Both the position numbers and the translations under genes were made by a program. A DNA stretch of 32,000 nucleotides, taken from contig NC_009483.1 of assembly GCF_000016745.1 (NCBI RefSeq), forward strand, positions 1,080,001 to 1,112,000. The letters are read 5' to 3'. Source of the stretch: Geotalea uraniireducens Rf4 (GTDB lineage Bacteria > Desulfobacterota > Desulfuromonadia > Geobacterales > Geobacteraceae). Positions 25,391 to 32,000 of this stretch are shown piece after piece. Position 1 is the stretch's first letter. Every line of letters starts with the position of its first letter. The notes below the pieces were generated by a model. It made no database searches and had not been told where the DNA came from. It worked only from the letters and a program-made list of their open reading frames with translations.

Positions 25391-26404
25391 ATGCGAAAGA
25401 TTTTATGTAATGTGGTTGGTGTGCTGGCAGCGTCTCTCTCCGTCCATCTCTGCCTGTCAATCGTTGCCGGGGGGGCGATGGCTGCCGACGGGGGAACGAT
25501 CGATCCGGCAAGCGGCAAGCCCTGCTACCGCTGCCATCCGAGCAAGCTCGATGGGACGTATCTACATGAACCGCTCTCCGGCAGGGAGTGCACCCCCTGC
25601 CATAATACGGAGGGGGGTAACCACCAATTCAAAAAGGGGCTGTTTGCGGTCAAAGCCAAGGGGGCAAAGCTCTGTTACGATTGCCATGACAACCTCTCGG
25701 TGGAAAAGAGCGTCCACGGGCCGATCCGGGAAGGGGTATGCGTCGATTGCCATGCACCGCACAACTCCCCTAACAAGAAGCTGTTGCGTTTCACCGGGAG
25801 CGGGCTCTGTTTTGAGTGCCACGACAAGAAGGGATTCGAGAAAAAGAAATTTCCCCATGCGCCGGTTGCCGACGGCGCTTGTCTCGACTGCCATGCACCC
25901 CACCAGGCCAAGGCTGCAAAACTGATCAAGCAGCTGCAACCCCTGATCTGTTTCAATTGCCACGACAGCGCCCTGGCCGACGGCAAATCGGTGCACATGC
26001 CGGTAGCATCGGGTGAGTGCGAGAGCTGCCATGCCGTGCACGGCTCGGACAACGCCAGGCTGCTCAAGACGGGCTTCCCGGCAGAGTATAATCTGCCGTA
26101 CGGTGACGACCGCTATGCCCTCTGTTTCACCTGCCACGACAGCAAGAGCATGACCGAAGAGGAGACGGAAAAATCGACCGCTTTCCGCAACGGGAGGCAG
26201 AATCTCCATTATCTCCACGTGAGCGGCAGTAACGGGCTCAATTGCACCATGTGCCATGATGTTCATTCCAGCAGGCAGGAGAGGCTGATAAAGGAAAAAA
26301 GCGGCGGCAAGGGGAAGGATGAGGTGACGATTGCCTATAAGGCGTCGTCTGACGGCGGTACGTGTACGGCAAGCTGCCACGATACGGTGACTTACAAAAG
26401 GTAA
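25391..26404 (+). CDS. Multiheme c-type cytochrome (10 CXXCH + 1 CX3CH)
   Basis: 337 aa with SD AGGTGA and a signal peptide ending AGGAMA. CXXCH motifs are CYRCH, CTPCH, CYDCH, CVDCH, CFECH, CLDCH, CFNCH, CESCH, CFTCH and CTMCH. A C-terminal CTASCH is also present. The H-x-P...C-x-x-C-H-x-(P/V)-H modules repeat, as in c7/c3-type cytochromes. Confidence 0.88.
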   Translation: MRKILCNVVGVLAASLSVHLCLSIVAGGAMAADGGTIDPASGKPCYRCHPSKLDGTYLHEPLSGRECTPCHNTEGGNHQFKKGLFAVKAKGAKLCYDCHDNLSVEKSVHGPIREGVCVDCHAPHNSPNKKLLRFTGSGLCFECHDKKGFEKKKFPHAPVADGACLDCHAPHQAKAAKLIKQLQPLICFNCHDSALADGKSVHMPVASGECESCHAVHGSDNARLLKTGFPAEYNLPYGDDRYALCFTCHDSKSMTEEETEKSTAFRNGRQNLHYLHVSGSNGLNCTMCHDVHSSRQERLIKEKSGGKGKDEVTIAYKASSDGGTCTASCHDTVTYKR

Positions 26405-26431
26405 CGTCCCGTCCGCGACGCTTTGTTACGG

Positions 26432-26468
26432 CGCCCATCACTCCTGATGGGCGTCGATTTATTTTTTT
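26432..26468 (+). terminator. Rho-independent terminator of the multiheme cytochrome gene
   Basis: Hairpin is CGCCCATCA-CTCC-TGATGGGCG, followed by TCGATTTATTTTTTT. Confidence 0.65.
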
Positions 26469-26486
26469 GACGGAGGCTGCCTGCCG

Positions 26487-28844
26487 TCAACGCATGGTGA
26501 CGATGGTCACGCCGTTCCCCCCCTCGAACTGTTCGCCGCTGCGGAATTCCCTGACCAGCGGATGTCCGTCCAGGTATTCGCGTACCGCCTTCATCAGCGC
26601 CCCTGTCCCCGTGCCGTGAATGATCCTCACTTTTCCGAGTCCGGCAAGGGAGGCGTGGTTGAGAAATGGTTCGATCAGGGAAAGGGCGGCGTCTACCCGT
26701 AATCCCAAGAGCTTCAGTTCGTGAGATGCTTCTGCTTCGTCGGCGGTTTTCCTCCGGGACGATTTTATTTCCGTGAGCTGCTTCCCCTTTTTTGCGGCAA
26801 TATCCGCCAGCGGCACTTCCACTTCCCTCTGGCCTGCTTTTACCCGCAACCTCTGCTGCTTCCCGTCGATCTTGACGATGGTTGCATCGAAGCCTATGGA
26901 GCGGACAAAGACCAGGTCACCGGGCCGCAGCTCTTCCAGTGAAAGGGGTTTTCCCCCCTGATATTCCCGGAGCTGCTCCTCGACGCCGCTTTCAATGGTT
27001 TCCAGTTTTTTCAGCGCGTCGCGGCTCTTTTCCCTTTTTGCCTCGTCGAGGATGGCCCTTGTTTCCCGTTTGATGGCGGCGACTATCTCCCGCGCCTGTA
27101 AGAAGGCCTTTCCCATGGCATCCTGTTTCGCCTCTTCCGCCTGGGCCAGGCGCACGGCAAGGAGCCGTTCACGCTCTTCCACCCCTTTTTCCCGCGTTTC
27201 CGTGTCAGCCAGGAGCTCTCCATAGCGCAGCCGTTTTTCCTTCAGCTCGGCCAACAGTGAGTGAAATTCCGTTTCCCGGCTGCCAAGCATGTGCTGGGCG
27301 AATTCGATGACGCCGGCGGGCATGCCGTAACGTCTGGCGATCTCGATGGCGTGGGACTGACCCGGTTCCCCCGCTTGGAGCCGGTAAAGGGGGGTGAAGG
27401 TCCTTTGGTCAAACTCCATGGAGGCGTTTATCATCCCCTCGTTGCGGTGGACAAAGGCGACGATATCGGTCAGGTGAGTGGTGGCAAGGACGAGGGCGCC
27501 TTTTTCCTGCAGCTCTTTCAACACGCCGCAGGCGATGGCCGCACCCTGGCCCGGTTCGGTGCCGGTTCCCAGTTCGTCCATCAGGACAATGCTGCGCCTC
27601 CCAGCCTGCCGAAGTATTTCCGCCATATTGGCCACATGGGCGGAGAACGTCGACAGGCTGCTTTCTATGGACTGGTCATCCCCCATGTCGACGAGCAGCT
27701 CGTCGGCCAGGGGGATGGTGGATGAAGGGTCGGCGGGGATCGGAATCCCGGCCAGGGCCAATACGATAAGGAGCCCGACGGTCTTGATGGCGATGGTCTT
27801 ACCGCCGGCGTTGGGGCCGGTTATGATCATAACTGTAGCGGTATCGGGGATGTCACCGAGATGAAGATCGAGCGGCACCGGTTCATGTCCGCCCCCTTGC
27901 CTGTGCATGAGCATGAGGAGCGGATGGCGAGCCTGCCTCAGCATGATCAGCGGGGTCTCGCTCACGCTGGGGGGATGAGCCTGTATCAGCTCGGCAAAGC
28001 GTGCGATGCTGTTCAGCATGTCGAGCTGCACCAGGGTGGCAAATTCCGAACCGATTTCGTCGGCTGCAATGCGGATTTCCCGGCAGATGTCGCGGATGAT
28101 GCGGATCTCTTCCGCCTTTATCTCCGCGGCCAGGTTCTCCAGCTCATTGGCGAGGCCGATGATCTCCAGCGGTTCCATGAACGCAGTTTCACCGGTGTTG
28201 GAGACATCGTGCACGACCCCTGCCACCATCCCCTTTGAATCCATGCGCACCGGAATCACCCACCGCCCCCCGCGCTGGGTGACGAATTCGTCCTGGAGGA
28301 AAATCGCCACCCTCGGTTCGCGGACAATCTCCTCGAGCCGTTTCCGTATCCGCGCAGTCAGCCCCCTTTTGCGCGCGCGCAAGTCCTGGAGGAGGCGTGA
28401 AGCCGTGTCGAGTATATTCCCCTCGAAATCGAGGGTTACTTCAAGGCGGTCGAGAATGTGCGGGAAGCCGGTCAGGTGCCCGGCCAGCTCATGGAGAAGG
28501 GGTATATCGGTACGATAGCCGAACTGTTTCGCTATGGCTGCGAGGGTCTGGAGAAGCGGGGTGAGGACGACAAGGTCGTGGGGATCGAGCACTGCCCCTT
28601 CGGGGCGCACCTCTTCCAGCAACGGTGCTATATCTTCAAAGGGTGAGAGTCTTAGCGGTACGCCTATCTGTGCAAGTCGCCTGATTTCCTCTACCTGGCC
28701 AAACCGCTTTTCGATGGCTTCCCGTGTGCCGAGAGGCAGGATTTCGGCTATGGCCTGTTGGGATGGGGTACTGTTGGCGAAGCTTGCGATAAAGGTGAGG
28801 ATCTTGTCAAACTCAAGAAGTTGGCGGGAATCATTTTTTATCAT
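26487..28844 (-). CDS. mutS2: Endonuclease MutS2 (MutS-family ATPase with C-terminal Smr domain)
   Basis: 785 aa. Walker A is GPNAGGKT, with DELGTGTEP also present. The C-terminal Smr domain is LKLLGLRVDAALSLIEPFLNHA...IIHGTGTGALMKAVREYL. Confidence 0.92.
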   Translation of the reverse strand: MIKNDSRQLLEFDKILTFIASFANSTPSQQAIAEILPLGTREAIEKRFGQVEEIRRLAQIGVPLRLSPFEDIAPLLEEVRPEGAVLDPHDLVVLTPLLQTLAAIAKQFGYRTDIPLLHELAGHLTGFPHILDRLEVTLDFEGNILDTASRLLQDLRARKRGLTARIRKRLEEIVREPRVAIFLQDEFVTQRGGRWVIPVRMDSKGMVAGVVHDVSNTGETAFMEPLEIIGLANELENLAAEIKAEEIRIIRDICREIRIAADEIGSEFATLVQLDMLNSIARFAELIQAHPPSVSETPLIMLRQARHPLLMLMHRQGGGHEPVPLDLHLGDIPDTATVMIITGPNAGGKTIAIKTVGLLIVLALAGIPIPADPSSTIPLADELLVDMGDDQSIESSLSTFSAHVANMAEILRQAGRRSIVLMDELGTGTEPGQGAAIACGVLKELQEKGALVLATTHLTDIVAFVHRNEGMINASMEFDQRTFTPLYRLQAGEPGQSHAIEIARRYGMPAGVIEFAQHMLGSRETEFHSLLAELKEKRLRYGELLADTETREKGVEERERLLAVRLAQAEEAKQDAMGKAFLQAREIVAAIKRETRAILDEAKREKSRDALKKLETIESGVEEQLREYQGGKPLSLEELRPGDLVFVRSIGFDATIVKIDGKQQRLRVKAGQREVEVPLADIAAKKGKQLTEIKSSRRKTADEAEASHELKLLGLRVDAALSLIEPFLNHASLAGLGKVRIIHGTGTGALMKAVREYLDGHPLVREFRSGEQFEGGNGVTIVTMR

Positions 28845-28888
28845 AAATATCCAATACTGTTCGGTTAGCTTTTTACAACCAGCGCAAT

Positions 28889-28972
28889 CCCCCCTCTCCC
28901 TCGCCCTCTCCCACCAGGGGAGAGGGAATTATAAGCTCCCCTCCCTTCGATGGGAGGGGGTGGGGGAGGGTG
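28889..28972. repeat. G/C-rich REP-like double-hairpin element, copy 2
   Basis: Sequence is CCCCCCTCTCCCTCGCCCTCTCCCACCAGGGGAGAGGGAATTATAAGCTCCCCTCCCTTCGATGGGAGGGGGTGGGGGAGGGTG. It aligns with 17309-17392 with few changes. Confidence 0.8.
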
Positions 28973-29042
28973 CAAGGTGGTGCTTTCAATCTCAAACGTT
29001 AAGCTGCAATTTTCTAATCGGACACTGCTGATAAATATCCAG

Positions 29043-31448
29043 TTAGTTCTGGTGCAGAACGGGAATTTTGCCGATTGCGGCTGCGCGGCTTTCCTTGTCC
29101 GCGCCCAGTTTTACGGTATCCATCATGAATCCGATGAGTTCAAGGAAGTGGACTGCGTCATCGGTGGCATTGGCGCATGCGTCGGGGGAACCGGGCTGCT
29201 TGCCCGGGGCGTAAACCAGCACCTTTTTGCTGTCGGTGAGGAGTATGGCAACGTAGATATGGGCGTTACCCCCTTCGCTTACGGTGCAGATGTACCCTTT
29301 GCAATTTTGGTTTACGTTCCCTTCCAGGGCGGCACGGGCCAGGTTTATCGACTGTTGCAGGGCGATGACGTCTTCGACCGTGGAGAATTCGATCCATTTC
29401 CTCGATCTGTCAAGGATAAACTCTGTACCGTTCCCGGACGAACGGCCGCCGAAGCCGGCTGACCATCCCGCCTCCTGTCCCAGGAAGGCAAAAGGGTCAT
29501 CGTGATTTACGGTCGGGCCGGGCTCAGGGCTGGCGGTTGCAGTTACTGCCGCTGTTTTTTCCGGTCCGGCGGCAGCCTTGGCGGCCGCTATCCTTTGCTC
29601 CTCGGCTTTTCCCGCGGCGATTCTCTCCGCTTCCGCCTTTTCTCCGGCAGCTTTTTCAGATGCGATCCGTTCCGCTTCAGCCTTCGCCTCCAGACGTTTT
29701 GCTTCGGCCTTTACTTTAGCCGCTTCCTCGGCTGCCAGCCGTTCCGCCTCTATCTTTGCTTTTTCAGCTTCCAGACGTTCTGCTTCGGCTTTTGCTTTAG
29801 CCGCTTCTTCGGCCGCCAACCGTTCAGCGTCGGCCTTTTCTTTGGCAGTTTCATCCTCAGCCCTGCGTTCTTCCGTTGCTTTTAACTTTGCAGCCTTTTC
29901 TGACGCCATGCTTTCTGCAACAGCCCGTTCAGTTTTTGCCTTTTCAGTTGCTGCATTTTCAGCATTAATCTTTTCACTGACCATCTGCTCTATTGCGGCC
30001 TGCTCGGCTTCAGCCGACTCGGCGGCAGCCCTCAGCTCTTCCTCTTTAAACCGGAGCAACTCTTCCGCAGCCAGTCTCTCGGCAACGGCGGCCTTTTCCG
30101 CGTTCTGCGCTTCGGTGTATTTCTCTGCACTCCCTTTTTCAACTTCTGCAATTAATGCGGCGACTTCTTCTCCCGCGATTCTGTTCGCCTTCGCCTTTTC
30201 AGCAGCGGCTTTCTCTTCAACGGCTTTTGCAACGGCAATCTTTTCTGCTTCTGTTTTTATTCTGGCTACCTCTTCCGCCGCCAGCCTCTCTGCTGTGGCT
30301 GCTTGCTCGGCTTGCTGCGCTGCCATTGCCTTTTCCGCTGCAATCCGTTCTTCCTCGGCCATTTCAGCAACGGCTTTTTCCGCAGCGATCCTGTCGGCCT
30401 TGGTCCGTTCGGCCATATCTCTTTGTTCTGCAACTGTCTCGGCAGCGCACCTCTCTGCCTCGACCAGTTTAGCTATTAGTTCTTCGGCAGCGCGCCGTTC
30501 TCCAGCGGTCTTTTCATTCAGTTGTTTAATAAAAGCAACTTTTTCCGCGGCAATTCTTTCTGCTTCCATCCGTTCTTCTGAGGCGATTTCGGCGGCGCGC
30601 ATTGCTTCTTCGGCCTTCATTGCGGCGGCTGCCATAGCAGCGCGCCGTTCCTCTTCGGCCTTGATCCTGGCAGCTTGCTCTGCAGCTAGCCGTTCCTGCT
30701 CGGCCTTTATCCTTGCCGCTTCTTCAGCAACGATCCGTTCCTGCTCAGCCTTTATCCTTGCCGCTTCTTCAGCAGCGAGCCGTTCCTGCTCGGCCCTTAT
30801 CCTTGCCGCTTCTTCCGCAGCAAGCCGTTCCTGCTCGGCCTTTATCCTGGCCGCTTCTTCCGCAGCGATCCGTTCCTGCTCGGCCTTTATCCGTACCGCC
30901 TCTTCTGCGGCGCGCCGTTCTTCCTCCGCCTTTATCCTGGCGGCTTTCTCTGCGTTGAGTCGTTCTTCTTCAGCCTTCATCATTGTTTCTTCAGCAGCGC
31001 GCCGGTCCGTCTCGGCCTGTTGCGCCGCGGCTTTTTCGGCTTCAGCCCTTTGTTTCGCGGCGAGGCGGGGCGCGCTTACGGGGCGCAGCACGCGGATGCC
31101 GCGCAGGACTACCTCCCGAAGTGCCACGCTGTAGTTCAGGTTGACGCGCTCCATGACAAATCCCAGGGATTTTGCATAATCGAGGGCTTTATCCAGCTGG
31201 CGTTGGTAGTCAGCCGGCTCTTCCGACGCTTCAGGAGTGTAAATCCGGGTCTTTCTGCTGTTTTTAAGTGAGAGCGCCACATAGACACGAACGGCGCCAT
31301 TTTCTTTGACAGCACAGACGTAGGCATCACATGGTTGGTTTTGAAGGTTTTCCGGCGTGATGGCGATTGCGGCTGTGGACTGGTATACCTCAACCACGTC
31401 CGATTCTGCGGCTTCAATAAAACTGAGCGACGTATCCAGAGTAAACAT
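29043..31448 (-). CDS. Large E/A/K/R-rich helical-repeat protein with homologous N- and C-terminal globular domains (function unknown)
   Basis: 801 aa with no signal peptide. Residues ~1-125 and ~665-801 align with each other: CDAYVCAVKENGAVRVYVALSLKNSRKTRIYTPE vs CKGYICTVSEGGNAHIYVAILLTDSKKVLVYAPG, and LDYAKSLGFVMERVNL vs VHFLELIGFMMDTVKL. The ~520-aa centre is nearly pure A/E/K/R/I/L repeats. Confidence 0.75.
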   Translation of the reverse strand: MFTLDTSLSFIEAAESDVVEVYQSTAAIAITPENLQNQPCDAYVCAVKENGAVRVYVALSLKNSRKTRIYTPEASEEPADYQRQLDKALDYAKSLGFVMERVNLNYSVALREVVLRGIRVLRPVSAPRLAAKQRAEAEKAAAQQAETDRRAAEETMMKAEEERLNAEKAARIKAEEERRAAEEAVRIKAEQERIAAEEAARIKAEQERLAAEEAARIRAEQERLAAEEAARIKAEQERIVAEEAARIKAEQERLAAEQAARIKAEEERRAAMAAAAMKAEEAMRAAEIASEERMEAERIAAEKVAFIKQLNEKTAGERRAAEELIAKLVEAERCAAETVAEQRDMAERTKADRIAAEKAVAEMAEEERIAAEKAMAAQQAEQAATAERLAAEEVARIKTEAEKIAVAKAVEEKAAAEKAKANRIAGEEVAALIAEVEKGSAEKYTEAQNAEKAAVAERLAAEELLRFKEEELRAAAESAEAEQAAIEQMVSEKINAENAATEKAKTERAVAESMASEKAAKLKATEERRAEDETAKEKADAERLAAEEAAKAKAEAERLEAEKAKIEAERLAAEEAAKVKAEAKRLEAKAEAERIASEKAAGEKAEAERIAAGKAEEQRIAAAKAAAGPEKTAAVTATASPEPGPTVNHDDPFAFLGQEAGWSAGFGGRSSGNGTEFILDRSRKWIEFSTVEDVIALQQSINLARAALEGNVNQNCKGYICTVSEGGNAHIYVAILLTDSKKVLVYAPGKQPGSPDACANATDDAVHFLELIGFMMDTVKLGADKESRAAAIGKIPVLHQN
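30639..30956 (-). repeat. Seven tandem 45-bp (15-aa) coding repeats inside the helical-repeat protein
   Basis: The DNA unit is roughly CCGTTCCTGCTCGGCCTTTATCCTTGCCGCTTCTTCAGCAGCGAG on the + strand. It encodes AAEEAARIKAEQERL-type pentadecads at aa ~165-270. A looser second repeat set lies at about 29640-29830. Confidence 0.85.
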
Positions 31449-31514
31449 CCGAACCCCACAATAGTGTTGAAAGAATTCCCGTCAGCTTAACCCGTTTGTA
31501 TTAATACCAATTCC

Positions 31515-31693
31515 AATCAAGGCGCTATCTTCGTTGGCTCGTCTTCGGCTCCTCAACGTACCCCTCACTCTATCTCTCTCAGAGGGAGAGAGTATACTGT
31601 TTACCCTCTCCCTCCGGACCCAAAGGGCCTAAAGGAGAGGGTGGCCAAAGGCCAGGTGAGGGCCTTCATCGCCTCAATCCTCGCCGCCTTGAT
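31515..31693. repeat. ~180-bp imperfect palindromic element with 10-bp terminal inverted repeats and internal REP-like hairpins
   Basis: AATCAAGGCG (31515-31524) pairs with CGCCTTGATT (31684-31693). An outer partial pair is CCAATTCCAATCAAGG / CCTTGATTTGAAATTGG. Internal hairpins are TCTCTCTCAGAGGGAGAGA and CCCTCTCC...GGAGAGGG. Confidence 0.6.
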
Positions 31694-31741
31694 TTCATCC
31701 TTGATTTGAAATTGGAATAAGGGGCAACTTTTGCAGCATCT

Positions 31742-32000
31742 TCACAGGAACCAGCTTACCGGCGAGCAGAGCCGCTCCAAAAACCGCACGTACCAGCCCC
31801 GCTTTTCATGCTCCGCGAGCATTATCCGCCTTGATCCCGCCAAATCGACGGCCAGCATCTCCGCCACTTGTTTGCCGAATTCAAGACTGTCGACAATGAC
31901 ATTTACCTCGTAGTTACGGTGAAAGCTTCGCTGGTCGAGGTTGGCCGAGCCGATCACCGACCAGCACTCGTCGATGAGCATCACCTTGGCATGAAGCATG
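31742..32000 (-). CDS. Phospholipase D/HKD-family protein (cardiolipin synthase-like), C-terminal part only
   Basis: The ORF is open to the window edge. The HKD motif is HAKVMLIDECWSVIGSANLD. Only the last ~85 aa are visible. Confidence 0.7.
   Translation of the reverse strand, partial: MLHAKVMLIDECWSVIGSANLDQRSFHRNYEVNVIVDSLEFGKQVAEMLAVDLAGSRRIMLAEHEKRGWYVRFLERLCSPVSWFL

Noticed and set aside
29578-31134. 518-aa plus-strand ORF rich in A/S/F (AAILSASAFSP...)
   Set aside because: It is a shadow ORF antisense to the E/A/K/R repeat gene. GCx/GAA/AAG codons read in reverse give an open Ala/Ser/Phe frame. It has no SD, and its low-complexity composition is a mirror of the real gene.

Overview
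This is a high-GC bacterial chromosomal segment. Its gene content resembles a Geobacter/Desulfuromonadales-type genome: several multiheme c-type cytochromes, an NHL-repeat lipoprotein, sigma-54 enhancer-binding response regulators and G/C-rich REP-like intergenic palindromes. That taxonomic guess is inference only.

Housekeeping genes are clear from motifs: dnaB, recO, folA, mutS2, a partial HKD/phospholipase-D gene, an isochorismatase-family hydrolase, a LysR regulator, a receiver-PilZ regulator, a beta-barrel porin, a TPR protein and an FAD oxidoreductase.

The most interesting region is a minus-strand cytochrome locus at about 3.4-16 kb. It contains a sigma-54 response regulator, a good sigma-54 promoter, a tetraheme cytochrome, an NHL lipoprotein and two very large paralogous cytochromes with C-terminal PKD-like domains.

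In both paralogs the ORF track splits the gene in two. A short ORF carries the signal peptide and the first CXXCH. A long ORF follows with no signal peptide and no Shine-Dalgarno. The split is a single in-frame TGA, followed 10 nt later by a 6-bp stem/4-nt loop hairpin. The hairpin is conserved between the paralogs and shows a compensatory base-pair change.

I read these as candidate selenocysteine (UGA-recoded) octaheme cytochromes of 1165 and 1325 aa. I cannot confirm this without searches.

Other notable items:
- A perfect (CTGGGAA)x29 microsatellite.
- A 37-nt terminator module present three times and bracketing the AT-richer LysR gene.
- A near-identical ~0.6 kb 3' module shared by the two cytochrome paralogs.
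- An 801-aa protein with duplicated terminal domains joined by a ~520-aa E/A/K/R helical repeat region built from 45-bp tandem repeats.
- Several long palindromic or MITE-like intergenic elements.

All product calls come from motif recognition by eye. No database search was possible.
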